A stretch of 64,000 bases of DNA from a candidate division FCPU426 bacterium (GCA_030591525.1 JAUVAV010000008.1:15839-79838); one strand, 5' to 3'; numbered from the stretch's first letter, positions 18,736 through 29,258 are shown. A program made the numbers and translations. Notes: generated by a model not told the origin, from the letters alone.

Positions 18736-19137
18736 GTGAAAATTAAGCGCTTCGCCCAAATATCATCCGAAATCCCGGTAGCCTCCATGTCGGACATTGC
18801 CTTTTTGCTCATTGTCTTCTTCATGATTGTGGCCGTCTTCTCCATTGAGGCGGGTTTCTCGCTCAAACTGCCGGCCAAGGATAAACCGCCCTTGGAAGTT
18901 TCAGACCAAAGGATTATCGAACTGCGAATTTCCAGGGATAATTCCCTTACCTTGAATGGGAAATCGGTTTCCCCGGAAGAATTAGGCGCGCATCTTTCTC
19001 AACCCGGCTTTCGCAACCGCCAATTCGTTTCCATCAAGGCTCATGCCAAAAGCCGATACAAAACCGCGGTCCTGGTGATAGAACAGTTCAAGCGAAACGG
19101 TTTTGAAAAAATATCCTTGAAAAAGCTGAAACCATGA
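18736..19137 (+). CDS. exbD: ExbD/TolR biopolymer transport protein
   Basis: It has the ExbD N-terminus (IPVASMSDIAFLLIVFFMI) and is 133 aa. Confidence 0.8.
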   Translation: MKIKRFAQISSEIPVASMSDIAFLLIVFFMIVAVFSIEAGFSLKLPAKDKPPLEVSDQRIIELRISRDNSLTLNGKSVSPEELGAHLSQPGFRNRQFVSIKAHAKSRYKTAVLVIEQFKRNGFEKISLKKLKP

Positions 19138-19550
19138 AACTTAAAAACAGTTACCGCATCGTGAGTATCATTCCCGTGGCCAGTATGTCGGACATAGCTT
19201 TCCTGCTCCTGATATTCATGCTCCTGTCCTCTCTCCTCACTCCGCAGCCGCCCCTGCAAGTAGCGCCGCCTCAGGTGCCGAACACGGCTGAAGTCAAGGA
19301 GGAAAAAGGCACACGGATTTACCTTGACGCTTCCGGTCATATTGCGGTCAATGAGGAGCTGGGCCGCCTGGAAGATATAGCCGCTTTACTGGCCCGGCTC
19401 TCTGTTCCTAAAGATCAAATATACCTCTACGCCGACGCTGAATGTGCTTTTGAGAAAATCGATGAGGTCCTGGCCGCTTTAAAAGCCCAAGCCTTTGAAA
19501 AAGCCACCTTGATCTGCCGGGAAACCCCGAAAGGGAAAAAGCGTGATTAG
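19134..19550 (+). CDS. exbD: ExbD/TolR biopolymer transport protein (second paralog)
   Basis: It has the same ExbD N-terminus (IPVASMSDIAFLLLIFML). Its start overlaps the previous stop. Confidence 0.8.
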   Translation: MKLKNSYRIVSIIPVASMSDIAFLLLIFMLLSSLLTPQPPLQVAPPQVPNTAEVKEEKGTRIYLDASGHIAVNEELGRLEDIAALLARLSVPKDQIYLYADAECAFEKIDEVLAALKAQAFEKATLICRETPKGKKRD

Positions 19551-20142
19551 GCTGAACCCGGGAGAGAGAACGCGCTGGCCCGGGAGGATCGGCCTTTGCC
19601 TTAACGAAAACAAGCTGCGTATCACCCTGGCCCTTTCGGCCTTGCTTCACATAACTTGCCTCTTTTCATTTAAAATGCAGGCTCCCGCTAGCCGGCTGCG
19701 GCCTCTGCAAACCACGATTGAATTAATGGACCTGCGCGAAGATATTCCCACACCCCCTAAACCCCGTGAAATCGTGAAAAAAACCAGTGATGAACCGGCC
19801 AAAGAAATCGTCGAGCAAAAAGCCGCAATTCCTCCCGCTCCCCAAAAAATGATTTTTCTGCCTTTTTATAAAGTTGAGCAGCTTCCGGTTTTCAAAAACC
19901 GCATCCTGCCGGTATACCCGGATAAAGCGCGGAAATTAGGGCGAACCAGCCGGGTAATCCTGGAAGCTTATATTGACGCCCAGGGCCTGGTACGGCAGGT
20001 ACGGGTTTTAAAAAGCGGCGGCGAACATTTCGACCGGGCCGCCATGGCGGCTCTGAAAAAATCGAGTTTTACTCCGGCAAAAATAATGGGCCGGACCGTT
20101 TCGGTCTATATCCGTGTGCCCTATGATTTTTCCATAGAATAA
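19543..20142 (+). CDS. tonB: TonB-family energy transducer (C-terminal TonB domain)
   Basis: It has a Pro-rich linker and a TonB C-terminal domain (PVYPDKARKLGRTSRVILEAYIDAQGLV...FTPAKIMGRTVSVYIRVPYDF). Confidence 0.75.
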   Translation: MIRLNPGERTRWPGRIGLCLNENKLRITLALSALLHITCLFSFKMQAPASRLRPLQTTIELMDLREDIPTPPKPREIVKKTSDEPAKEIVEQKAAIPPAPQKMIFLPFYKVEQLPVFKNRILPVYPDKARKLGRTSRVILEAYIDAQGLVRQVRVLKSGGEHFDRAAMAALKKSSFTPAKIMGRTVSVYIRVPYDFSIE

Positions 20143-20165
20143 CCGGAAAGGAAGGTATCCCCAAC

Positions 20166-22409
20166 ATGCGCTTTACGATTTTAGCCATCCTACTTCTGGG
20201 AATCCCGTGCTTGCTCCAGGCCCATGCCTATTCCGGCCGGGTGATCGATAAAATAACCGGTGAAGGACTGCCCGGAGCCTCCCTTTCCGGCCTCTCGGGC
20301 GAGAGCGCGCGAACCGATGAGCAGGGATTTTTCACTTTGGATTGTGAACAACCAAAAGTACTGATACAAATGCCCGGATTCCAGGATAAATCCCATATCC
20401 TCCGGAAAAAAGATAATCTCATAGCGTTGGAATTACAGGGCGTTTATGATATCCCGGCCGTGGAAGTCAAGGCCAAACCGGATGCCAAAAAAGTAATTGT
20501 GAGTAAACAATCCCTGGAAAAAGAGGCGATTCAAAAAACCACTACCTCGCTTTTTCCTGACGTGGCCAAGGTCGTGCAAACCCTGCCCGGCGTAACCACG
20601 AACAGCGACTTTTCCAGCTTGCTCTACGTTCGGGGCGGAAATCCGGACGAGGTGGTCGCCATTTTGGATGACATGCTGATTATGAGTCCCTATATCTGGG
20701 GGGGCCGGCTCTCGGTCTTTAACCCCAACCTGGTGGAATCCGTGGATTTTTACGCCGGCGGATTTCCGGCCGAGGCCAACCAGGCTATGTCGGCCCTGCT
20801 TGATGTCAAAAACAAGACCGGCAACCCCAGGAAGTACGCCGGATTTATGGATTTATCCGCAGCCACGGCCGAGGCGCTGGCAGAAGGCCCCCTGGGAATC
20901 ACGGAAAACAGCTCGTTCATTCTCGGCCTGCGGCGCACCCATTACGACCTGATCATCAACTCTTTCGCTGATGACAACACGGTTTACCCCTACTTCTGGG
21001 ACGGCCAGGCTAAATTGACTCTGCCCTTACCTCACGGCGCCCTGACTTTCCAATCTCTTTACTCCTATCAAGGCATGCATCTTTTATTGTCTGAGACTGA
21101 AGGTTTCGGCGACGACCACGGGGTAGAAACCAGCTCTCAGTATCTTAACAAGAAATGCGACTCCAGCCTGGCTTATAATCACCAATGCTCCGATACCATT
21201 AGTGTCATGACGCTCCTGGGTCTATCCCTGGAAAGCGGGTTTTTCACTCTTACGGATTTTTATTCCCCTTTGGAAGCGAACTTTGATCAATCCTTGCTGC
21301 AGTTGCGTCATGTCTGGCAAATACTCCTGGGCGATAACCATATCGTTAAGGCCGGGCTATATGCCATTACCGGCCACGCCCTGGCCAAGGTGGATATAAC
21401 CCGCAAAATACCGACCCGGGACGGATATTATATCAAGCATATCGCAACTGATTTTAATTTTGATTGGCCGGTCTTCGCCGGCGGCTTTATACAGGATGAT
21501 ATGGAACTGCTCAAGGATTCCCTTTATCTTAATCCCGGAATAAATCTCCAGTATTATTCAGGAAACCAACAAATGGTAGTCAATCCCCGTTTGGGCGTTA
21601 AGTGGCAGGTCCTGCCGGATTGGGAATGGCACGCCGCTGCGGGAATCTACAGTCAGCACCCCATGGAGCCGAGCCGGTTGGATCAGGAGTACGGCAATCC
21701 CGGACTTCTGGCCCAGGAGGCCGTTCATTATATCCTGGGATCGAGAATAGATCTGGGCAGGGATTTCTTTATCCAAGGCGAGTTTTTTTACAAGGATTAT
21801 AACCACCTTATGGTCAGCGACGCGGATCCGGACATTAACTACACTAATAACGGCGAGGGTTATGCTTATGGATTTGATATCATTTTCCAGAAGAAACTCG
21901 GCGGCCCCTGGGACGGCTGGCTGACCTACAGCTACGTCTCTTCCCAACGAAAGATCACGGCCCGAAGTGATCCCCTGGATTTCGGAATGAATCAGGCCGT
22001 GGTCCCCCTGAATGAGTGGTATACCCCGGAAAGCGAACGGCCGCACGCCCTGAGCCTGGTCCTGAATTATACGGTTTCCGGAGACTGGAAGCTTGCCCTC
22101 ACCCAAAAATATATGTCCGGCTGTCCTTACACGCCGGTCACGGGGGCGTACTATGTGGCAGCAATTGATGAATACGTTCCGGAGTACGGCGATATAAACA
22201 GCGCGCGCCTGCCGGACTTTTTTACCACGGATATTAAACTGTCCATGCCTTTCTTCGGGCTTAAGGGGTGGAGCTCTTATGTTCAGACCTCTAACCTGTT
22301 TGGCAATAAAAACGTGGATTCCTATTATTACAACGAGGATTATTCGGAAAAACGCGCGCTTTACCAGCTGCCCCGCATGATAATCGGCGGTATTCGCTGG
22401 GAATTTTAA
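20166..22409 (+). CDS. TonB-dependent receptor-like outer-membrane protein with an N-terminal carboxypeptidase-regulatory-like domain
   Basis: It has a signal peptide, a CarbopepD_reg-like start (YSGRVIDKITGEGLPGASL) and a plug-like region. It is 747 aa with a C-terminal aromatic end (RWEF). It lies directly downstream of exbBDD-tonB. Confidence 0.7.
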   Translation: MRFTILAILLLGIPCLLQAHAYSGRVIDKITGEGLPGASLSGLSGESARTDEQGFFTLDCEQPKVLIQMPGFQDKSHILRKKDNLIALELQGVYDIPAVEVKAKPDAKKVIVSKQSLEKEAIQKTTTSLFPDVAKVVQTLPGVTTNSDFSSLLYVRGGNPDEVVAILDDMLIMSPYIWGGRLSVFNPNLVESVDFYAGGFPAEANQAMSALLDVKNKTGNPRKYAGFMDLSAATAEALAEGPLGITENSSFILGLRRTHYDLIINSFADDNTVYPYFWDGQAKLTLPLPHGALTFQSLYSYQGMHLLLSETEGFGDDHGVETSSQYLNKKCDSSLAYNHQCSDTISVMTLLGLSLESGFFTLTDFYSPLEANFDQSLLQLRHVWQILLGDNHIVKAGLYAITGHALAKVDITRKIPTRDGYYIKHIATDFNFDWPVFAGGFIQDDMELLKDSLYLNPGINLQYYSGNQQMVVNPRLGVKWQVLPDWEWHAAAGIYSQHPMEPSRLDQEYGNPGLLAQEAVHYILGSRIDLGRDFFIQGEFFYKDYNHLMVSDADPDINYTNNGEGYAYGFDIIFQKKLGGPWDGWLTYSYVSSQRKITARSDPLDFGMNQAVVPLNEWYTPESERPHALSLVLNYTVSGDWKLALTQKYMSGCPYTPVTGAYYVAAIDEYVPEYGDINSARLPDFFTTDIKLSMPFFGLKGWSSYVQTSNLFGNKNVDSYYYNEDYSEKRALYQLPRMIIGGIRWEF

Positions 22410-22578
22410 AAATCAGGCCCATAGAGTTGGGGCGATTCACGAAGCGCCCAATAAATGTAGGGGTAGGCCCCTGTGCCTACCCAATAGTATTAACCACAAA
22501 ACCTATAGGGGGCGTGTTGATCCTCCCCGAATACACAATTGCAAATCCAAATACCACGCTAAAAGGATAGAACACCGG

Positions 22579-22773
22579 ATGAATGGACAAAGAAGAGAGC
22601 ATATAAAACCCGGATTGAAGGTCGCGATTGTTTTGAAGCAGGATCAGCGAAGCGGAAGATTAACCGAGGGTGTGGTAAGCGGGTTGTTGACAAAATCAGC
22701 ATTTCATCCTCATGGTATAAAGGTTCGATTAACGGATGGACAGGTCGGCCGGGTTCAAAAGATTCTGGAGTAG
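22579..22773 (+). CDS. YwbE-like small conserved protein (DUF2196-like)
   Basis: 64 aa with the characteristic pattern GLKVAIVLKQDQRSGRLTEGVV...HPHGIKVRL.DGQVGRVQ. Confidence 0.5.
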   Translation: MNGQRREHIKPGLKVAIVLKQDQRSGRLTEGVVSGLLTKSAFHPHGIKVRLTDGQVGRVQKILE

Positions 22774-22806
22774 TTCTTTACTAATTGCTCAGACTTCTAT
22801 TCGCTC

Positions 22807-25290
22807 CTACTGTTTAATATATTTTTTATTCCTGGGATTATCGGGCCAGTGGTGTTTGGGGTATTTTCCTTCGAATTCTTTTTTAACTTCCGGATAGGTT
22901 TTCTCCCAAAAACTCTCAAGATCGCGGGTTAACTGCAGGGTGCGATTGGCCGGGCTGAGGATATCCAGCACCAATGGCTGATTGCATACAGTGGGTGTGG
23001 TCTGGCATCCGAAGAATTCCTGCAATCGCGCTGATAGTTTTGGGGTATCAGCGGTCTGGTAATTCAGGCTTTTCTTAAAGCCTGCGGCCAGGCGAATGAC
23101 TTCCGGCGCAAGTTCATTGAGCAGAGCTTGCTGCGCGGGTTTCAAATAACGTTTCAATCCATTAAGCAGTGATTGTTCGGTCCAGACATCACCACCGGTC
23201 CAGTTGCCGGCCGGTAATAACCATTGCCCGGCCTGGGCTAATAAGCGCTCTTCACTGAAAGCCGGCCAGTCCGGTTGGGTCCCCCATTTTTCTATAAAGC
23301 GGCAGCGGGCTAAATAACGTTCCGTCGCCGCGTTCCAGGGCAATTGGGAAAACCCTTTGGCGCCGAGTTTTTTCAATGCTTCTGCTTGAAGTACTTCTTT
23401 GGCAGGCAGACCGCCTGGTTCTTCTTTTAAAACAATGGAGCCGATTTTTATTTCTGACTTGCCTTTGGGTTTCCAGCCTTTCCAATCAATACGCCAGCAT
23501 TCTTTAACGGCAACCGCCGGACTGGCTAATAACTCTTTTTGCGTAATGGGAGCAGCTGAAAAGATTTTGGCGTTTTGCTGACCACCATCCAGATCGGCTA
23601 CCACCAAATAATCCTCTTGAGAGAGGCTGCCTGTGAGCAAACCACCTCTGCCGGTTGCCAGCAGCCACCGGGATGTAATGGGATCATCGCGCCGGGTCCG
23701 CTTGGCCAAGCGGTCGGGATAGGCAGCTAAAAGCAGACGGCCGATAACATGAACATTGATATGCAATGCTTTCGGTGCATGAACCTGTTTGCCTAGCGTG
23801 CGTAAAATACGGTAACATTCTTCCCAAATACGCTTTAACAAGCCTATATTGCTATGCGGTTCTTTACCATCGGACCAATCCTTAAATAGTTGAACTCTTT
23901 CACGAAAATCAGGATCTTTACGGGACAATAAATCATCGCTTTCCAATAAAGCGGCAATCAACGCAGCGGTATCGATAAAATTGGTATCCTTAAAAGTAAG
24001 GACCATTCTGGCTAAGCGGGGATGTATGGAAAATCGATTGGTGCGGCGGCCTAACTCGGTAATTTTGCCTTGAGCATCGAGAAGATCAAGCTCTTTTAAT
24101 AATCCCGTTGCCTGGGAAAGCGCGGCCGCCGGCGGCACTGTGAGCCAGGAAAGATCTGTCGGTGAAGCGGCTCCCCAGGCAGCGGTTTCCAGTACAAGTG
24201 GCGCCAGATCAGCTTCGGCTATTTCGGGAAGAGCAAAAGGTTCGCGAAAATCGGTTTCCTTCCACCAGCGAAAGCAAATGCCCGGGCCTAAGCGTCCGGC
24301 CCGGCCTTTGCGCTGCTCAGCCGAAGCCAGGCTGATGGGCAGTGTATCCCAGTGATCCATTCCCGTACGAGGTAAAAAACGCACCCGCCTTTCAAGACCA
24401 ATATCTACCACCGCTTTAACGCCGGGAATAGTGAGACTGGTCTCTGCCACATTGGTGGCAAGTATGATGCGGTGGTTATTGGCATTGGCAGGATCAAGCA
24501 CCACCCGCTGTTCCTGAGGCGGCATCTGTCCATGTAAAAGGTGAATAGCGTTTTTCAGGGCAGGACATTTTTCTCTCAAAATAGCATAGGCTTGATGCAT
24601 CTCATAGTAACCGGGCAAAAAACAGAGAATGGTGGCCGGTGAGTTTGATGACACGTGTTGTAGCGCTTCCCGGCTGAGCCGGGCAGCAGCCTGCCAGGGT
24701 TTTTCCTGGGATGAAACCGGTGGCCGGTAAAAAAGCTTTATGGGATGCACTCTGCCGGGTACTGCGATTAAGGGGAAGCCCGGGAAAACCTCTGAAATAT
24801 CTTTTGCCGGCAAGGTCGCAGAGAGCAGGGCGATTTTCAAATCCGGCCGCAGAAGTTTTCTGGTCTCCCAAGCCAGTGCCAGTCCCAGATCACCTTGCAG
24901 GCTGCGGGTATGAAATTCATCGAATAAAAGCGTACCATAGCCCGACAAGGCGGGATCATTCTGCAGCAAACGGGTCAGGACACCTTCGGTAACCACTTCC
25001 AAACGTGTCCGGGAACTTACCCGGGTCTCAAGACGGGTGCGAATTCCCACGCTCTGCCCGACGGATTCTGATAAAAAGGATGCGATTCTCTCCGCGGCCG
25101 CCCTGGCTGCCAGGCGGCGCGGCTCCAATAAAAGAATTTTCTCCTGGTTGCATTCGGGATGTTGCATTAATTTCCAGGGAAACAGGGTGGTTTTACCGGC
25201 ACCGGTCTCGGCCATGAGGAGAAGCAGGCCGTCTTTGAGAAATAATCCGGTAATTTCATCCAGCTTGGAAAATATGGGCAGCTTATCCAT
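22807..25290 (-). CDS. hrpB: ATP-dependent RNA helicase HrpB (DEAH/DExH-box)
   Basis: Motif I (AETGAGKTT), DEFH (LLFDEFHTR), SAT and QRKGRAGR are present. The protein is 827 aa with the HrpB C-terminal domain. Confidence 0.85.
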   Translation of the reverse strand: MDKLPIFSKLDEITGLFLKDGLLLLMAETGAGKTTLFPWKLMQHPECNQEKILLLEPRRLAARAAAERIASFLSESVGQSVGIRTRLETRVSSRTRLEVVTEGVLTRLLQNDPALSGYGTLLFDEFHTRSLQGDLGLALAWETRKLLRPDLKIALLSATLPAKDISEVFPGFPLIAVPGRVHPIKLFYRPPVSSQEKPWQAAARLSREALQHVSSNSPATILCFLPGYYEMHQAYAILREKCPALKNAIHLLHGQMPPQEQRVVLDPANANNHRIILATNVAETSLTIPGVKAVVDIGLERRVRFLPRTGMDHWDTLPISLASAEQRKGRAGRLGPGICFRWWKETDFREPFALPEIAEADLAPLVLETAAWGAASPTDLSWLTVPPAAALSQATGLLKELDLLDAQGKITELGRRTNRFSIHPRLARMVLTFKDTNFIDTAALIAALLESDDLLSRKDPDFRERVQLFKDWSDGKEPHSNIGLLKRIWEECYRILRTLGKQVHAPKALHINVHVIGRLLLAAYPDRLAKRTRRDDPITSRWLLATGRGGLLTGSLSQEDYLVVADLDGGQQNAKIFSAAPITQKELLASPAVAVKECWRIDWKGWKPKGKSEIKIGSIVLKEEPGGLPAKEVLQAEALKKLGAKGFSQLPWNAATERYLARCRFIEKWGTQPDWPAFSEERLLAQAGQWLLPAGNWTGGDVWTEQSLLNGLKRYLKPAQQALLNELAPEVIRLAAGFKKSLNYQTADTPKLSARLQEFFGCQTTPTVCNQPLVLDILSPANRTLQLTRDLESFWEKTYPEVKKEFEGKYPKHHWPDNPRNKKYIKQ

Positions 25291-25298
25291 CCGGAGGA

Positions 25299-25967
25299 TC
25301 AGATACTCGTTGGGAGAATGTGCTGTGCTTCGGCCGGATTGATGACTTTGAATTTATTTTCATCCCGGTTAAAAGCATAAATTTCCACCTCTGCAATGTC
25401 AAACCACCAGGCGTGCAGCGACGTCTGCTTTTGCCGCAATGCGGATTGAACTATCTCATACGTTTTTAAATGCTCGAGTTGGAGGAGGACGTTTTTTTGC
25501 GAGATGCGGTCGGAAGGAGACCAGTCTTTGTCATACGTGAGCGGATAATCAAAGGTGTCGAGCGCCGCCTTGGCATGGCCAAGCCAGGATTTCAAATGGG
25601 GAGCGGTGGGCATGGGCGTGTTCTCGCAAATGGCCTGGATGGCGCCGCAATTGGAATGACCGCAGATAATGATATCTTTGACTTTAAGGTATTGGAGAGC
25701 ATATTCCAGCGCTGCAATTTCCGAGTCGTCTGTCTGGGAATAACCCGAGTGATCGCAGCAGGGCGGCACCACATTACCTACATTGCGTATGACAAAGAGA
25801 TCACCCGGATTGGTTGAGGCCAGGAGATTGGGCACCACCCGGCTGTCACTGCAGGTAATGAAAAGCGCATCAGGGTTCTGCTGTTTGGCCAGAGGGTTGA
25901 ATAATAGATCAAAACCAGCCTCGCGCTTAGTGTGGAAATCCAGAATGCCGGCCAGTAATTTCCGCAT
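25299..25967 (-). CDS. Beta-class carbonic anhydrase
   Basis: The zinc ligands CSDSR...HxxCG (CSDSRVVP, GHSNCGAI) are diagnostic for beta-carbonic anhydrases. Confidence 0.8.
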   Translation of the reverse strand: MRKLLAGILDFHTKREAGFDLLFNPLAKQQNPDALFITCSDSRVVPNLLASTNPGDLFVIRNVGNVVPPCCDHSGYSQTDDSEIAALEYALQYLKVKDIIICGHSNCGAIQAICENTPMPTAPHLKSWLGHAKAALDTFDYPLTYDKDWSPSDRISQKNVLLQLEHLKTYEIVQSALRQKQTSLHAWWFDIAEVEIYAFNRDENKFKVINPAEAQHILPTSI

Positions 25968-26053
25968 TATTCCTCCGGAGAATCATATCAGATGATGATA
26001 GCAACCTGGACAAGCATGATACCCAGAACCGGGAGTGTAAACCATAAAGCGGG

Positions 26054-26413
26054 CTAATTGGTTTTGTCGCTTGTGTCGCTCCGGTAGGCCCATACCTTTA
26101 CCTTTTCCAGGGTGATCATCCCCTCTTGCATCATGCCGTCCAGCCGGGGTAAAAAGGCGTGTATTTTATCCGCCTGGTCCACGATTTCGACCACTAGGGG
26201 CAAGTCCTCGGACAAACGCAGGATTTTCGCGGAGTGTAAGTGGCTTTCCGCCCCGAATCCCATAATTCCGCGCAACACCGTGGCCCCGGCCAGACCGGCC
26301 TCGCGGGCCGCGGCCACAATGGCCGTTGACAAGGGCTGCCCCTGAAACCTGTCCTTTTCCCCGAAAAAGATTCTTAACAACGCCGCATCTTGGGGGGCTT
26401 TCATGGCTGACAC
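26054..26413 (-). CDS. DUF190 (PII-like) protein that commonly accompanies CrcB
   Basis: 119 aa with a DUF190-like sequence (LLRIFFGEKDRFQGQPL...ATVLRGIMGFG). It is immediately 3' of crcB with a 4-nt spacer. Confidence 0.65.
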   Translation of the reverse strand: MSAMKAPQDAALLRIFFGEKDRFQGQPLSTAIVAAAREAGLAGATVLRGIMGFGAESHLHSAKILRLSEDLPLVVEIVDQADKIHAFLPRLDGMMQEGMITLEKVKVWAYRSDTSDKTN

Positions 26414-26417
26414 TCTC

Positions 26418-26795
26418 CTATATCCAGCGGCCCATGGTCAACCCTGCAAACAGGCATACCAGGCCCGCGCCATTTTGTACCGCTAAATTGCCCAGGGCTT
26501 TCCACCATTCCGCAGCCTGCATCAGCGTGCCGCATTCGAAAATAAACGTCGAGAAGGTGGTAAACGCTCCCATAAATCCCACCAGGATAATCGCCCTGAC
26601 TTCACCTGTAATGGTGTACCGCATTTCCATAAGCGACCACAACACGCCAAAAACAAAGCAGCCGATCAGATTGACCGTCAGCGTCCCCCAGGGAAAAGCG
26701 CCGCCGGTCCATCGCTGTACCAGCCCGGCCAGTCCGTACCGGCTCAGCGTACCCAAGCTTCCGGCCAATGCCAGAAGTAATACTTTCTGCAACAC
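26418..26795 (-). CDS. crcB: Fluoride ion channel CrcB/Fluc
   Basis: 125 aa with 4 TM helices and the conserved motif GxLGxxxRY (GSLGTLSRYG), GAFTTFSTF. Confidence 0.85.
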   Translation of the reverse strand: MLQKVLLLALAGSLGTLSRYGLAGLVQRWTGGAFPWGTLTVNLIGCFVFGVLWSLMEMRYTITGEVRAIILVGFMGAFTTFSTFIFECGTLMQAAEWWKALGNLAVQNGAGLVCLFAGLTMGRWI

Positions 26796-27124
26796 GGATA
26801 TCTCCCCTCCTGCGAATTGCCTTGATTATGGCCCTGAATGACCGCAAAAGTCAAGCCGCGATATTATCGGGCAGGAACAGGTGAGAATTATGGGATGCTT
26901 GCCAGATTAAGTCGCAACTATTGCAGTTAAGTTTACAAAGTTGACACCGTCCCCCATTCCACAAGTTTAATTCTAAAATCAAGATTGGTATGGTTTATTG
27001 TAATTTGACAAGCTGGTGGCAGAAAGGAGGGATAACAGCTTTGGGAATCGCGGGGGCGATATTATAATGGCCTGCGGGAACCGCCGTGAAAATGTAATCG
27101 CTAACCCCGTCCCCTGCTTGGCTT

Positions 27125-28099
27125 TTAAAACCGAAACATGAAGCCGGCGACCATGTACAAGCCGCCCAAATCCACGGTAACCAGCTCTCCATCGCTTAAC
27201 AGCGGCTGGGAAAAACCGGTTGCGCTATTTTCATCCACATACGCCAGATCCACTTCAAGTATCCTTAGACCCATATCCACATTCACTCCAAAGTTCTCTC
27301 CGAACATCAGGTCCAAGCCCCCGGCTATGCCGAATCCGAAACCAGGCGAGGGCGTAAATTCCAGATCATACCAGGGCGAGGTATAATAACCGCTGACCCA
27401 GCCCATCAACATGCTGGGAACCAGCTTGAGCCACAATCCGGTCTCATCTCCCAGCGAGAACCTCACGGGCATATTGACGGAAATGATCTGAGGATCCAGG
27501 ACCACTTCCTGCCGGCCGCCGTAAAAAAGATAACTGCCCCACAAAGAATGGGACGCCGGAAAAATCATATCCAAACCAGTGCCTATCTCAACTCCCGCAT
27601 CTAGCTCAAAATCCAGCTCCAGGCCTGCTTTGAAAAAAGTCGTCGCCCCGGCGTCCACAGCATTATTCGGAATGCCGGTACGTTCGGCAAACCATTGATC
27701 TAATTTGCCCCGGTTGTAAGAATTCATCAGCGTGCCTTGCACATACATGACAAAATGCTGCTCTTTCTTTCCCGCTTGCGGAAAGGCCGGCGGTTTGACC
27801 GGTGCCGGTTGATCCTGTCCCATGGTTCTGTCCGGCTGGGCGCTCGTGGCTGCGCCGGTTTTCAATAATTGCTCGTATTCCAGTTTGGCTTTGCTCTCAG
27901 TGTCAAAGATCTCCTTAATTTGACTGCGCAATATGTTTCGGGCTTTTTGCTCCACAGCCAGCACCAATTTTTCCTCCGTGACTCCCAGTAAATTGCCCTG
28001 TAAAACCACCGCATCGTTTAAAACGACTGTCAATATTTTAGCCTGCAGTGGCATAGCCCATAACAGCATTGCAATTACAATGAATTTTAAGGTGCGCAT
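27125..28099 (-). CDS. Hypothetical outer-membrane beta-barrel protein
   Basis: It has a signal peptide (MRTLKFIVIAMLLWAMPLQA), a C-terminal half rich in alternating Gly and aromatic residues, and a terminal Phe (..GFMFRF). Confidence 0.45.
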   Translation of the reverse strand: MRTLKFIVIAMLLWAMPLQAKILTVVLNDAVVLQGNLLGVTEEKLVLAVEQKARNILRSQIKEIFDTESKAKLEYEQLLKTGAATSAQPDRTMGQDQPAPVKPPAFPQAGKKEQHFVMYVQGTLMNSYNRGKLDQWFAERTGIPNNAVDAGATTFFKAGLELDFELDAGVEIGTGLDMIFPASHSLWGSYLFYGGRQEVVLDPQIISVNMPVRFSLGDETGLWLKLVPSMLMGWVSGYYTSPWYDLEFTPSPGFGFGIAGGLDLMFGENFGVNVDMGLRILEVDLAYVDENSATGFSQPLLSDGELVTVDLGGLYMVAGFMFRF

Positions 28100-28571
28100 T
28101 TTAGCCCTCCTGAATAAAATCTTGATCGGCTTGAGCTGCCGGGAATTAACTTTAACTGAGGTGAGTGGGCCAAAGGAACTTCCTTTATCAATTTATGCAG
28201 CTTATCTGCGGGGCATTAGAAATTTTCTTTTCAAAACAAACTTATCATTCCTGCCAAAAAGCGTCAATTAGTTTATTCCGCACCATCCCCAACCTACTAA
28301 AACCGACTTTCTCCTTTCCGGCTTTTGGTTGTCCTTCGCCGGTTTAAGCTAAGCTTCACGCGTATGGAATATTTTTTTAAGATGGTTCTTTCCTATCCGC
28401 AGGCTGATTCCTCTTCCGGTTAATAAATCATGTCGTCATCCTTCGGATCATCAAAATTCATTGCCCTGCTCCCCAAGTACCTCCTAGTTTAAATTTTAGG
28501 ATTTTTTTCTAGTAATAATAGCATTAAATGCTGTATAGTTTGATCTTTAATTAAAATGGGAGGATATAAAC

Positions 28572-29258
28572 ATGGAAAATAACACTGCAACCAATAACCT
28601 GCCGCTCATCGGAGATCCGGCACCGCAATTCAAGGCCAGCACAACCCAAGGCCCGATTGATTTTCCCAAGGATTACAAGGACAAGTGGGTTATTTTATTC
28701 TCCCACCCTGCTGACTTCACCCCGGTCTGCACGACCGAGTTTATGACCTTCGCCACCATGCAAGAGGATTTCAAGGCCCTCAACTGTGAACTGATCGGAC
28801 TTTCCATTGACAGCCATTTTAGTCATATCGCCTGGCTGAGAACCATAAAAGAAAAAATCGAATATAAAGGCATGAAAAATGTGGAAGTGAATTTTCCGGT
28901 TATCGCGGATTTAAAGATGGAAGTAGCTAAAGCTTTTGGTATGCTTCAGCCCAGTGCCAGCGATACGCAAGCTGTACGGGCCGTGTTTATTATAGATCCC
29001 AAATCCAAAGTTCGTGCCATTCTTTATTATCCTTTATCCAACGGCCGAAATATGGAGGAAATTAAACGGTTGTTGACGGCTATGCAGCGCTCTGACGCCC
29101 ATCAGATTGCCACGCCGGCCAATTGGCAGCCAGGTGAAGACGTGATTGTGCCGCCCCCGGGTTCCTGTGGCGCCGCCAAAGACCGCATGGCAGAAAGCGG
29201 CAAAGACTTTCACTGTTTGGATTGGTTCTTATGCCTGAAAAAAGATCCCGGGAAATAG
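28572..29258 (+). CDS. Peroxiredoxin (1-Cys Prx/Prx6-like, AhpC-TSA family)
   Basis: It has the peroxidatic-cysteine motif FTPVCTTE and thioredoxin-fold context (FSHPADFTPVCTTEF...GLSIDSHFSHIAW). Confidence 0.85.
   Translation: MENNTATNNLPLIGDPAPQFKASTTQGPIDFPKDYKDKWVILFSHPADFTPVCTTEFMTFATMQEDFKALNCELIGLSIDSHFSHIAWLRTIKEKIEYKGMKNVEVNFPVIADLKMEVAKAFGMLQPSASDTQAVRAVFIIDPKSKVRAILYYPLSNGRNMEEIKRLLTAMQRSDAHQIATPANWQPGEDVIVPPPGSCGAAKDRMAESGKDFHCLDWFLCLKKDPGK

Noticed and set aside
26796-27124. Fluoride riboswitch (crcB motif) expected upstream of crcB and its DUF190 partner
   Set aside because: I reverse-complemented the 330-nt leader and looked for the conserved GGnGAUGG...AAACGCC...GGCUaAUGAnnCCUAC elements. 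No convincing match was found, so no riboswitch is called. A covariance-model scan (Rfam RF01734) would settle it.
28100-28571. Possible small RNA or gene in the 470-bp spacer upstream of the peroxiredoxin gene
   Set aside because: It contains a few short hairpins and a fragment resembling a family C terminus (ctaaaaccgact). There is no ORF with translation signals and no recognisable ncRNA motif, so the evidence is insufficient.
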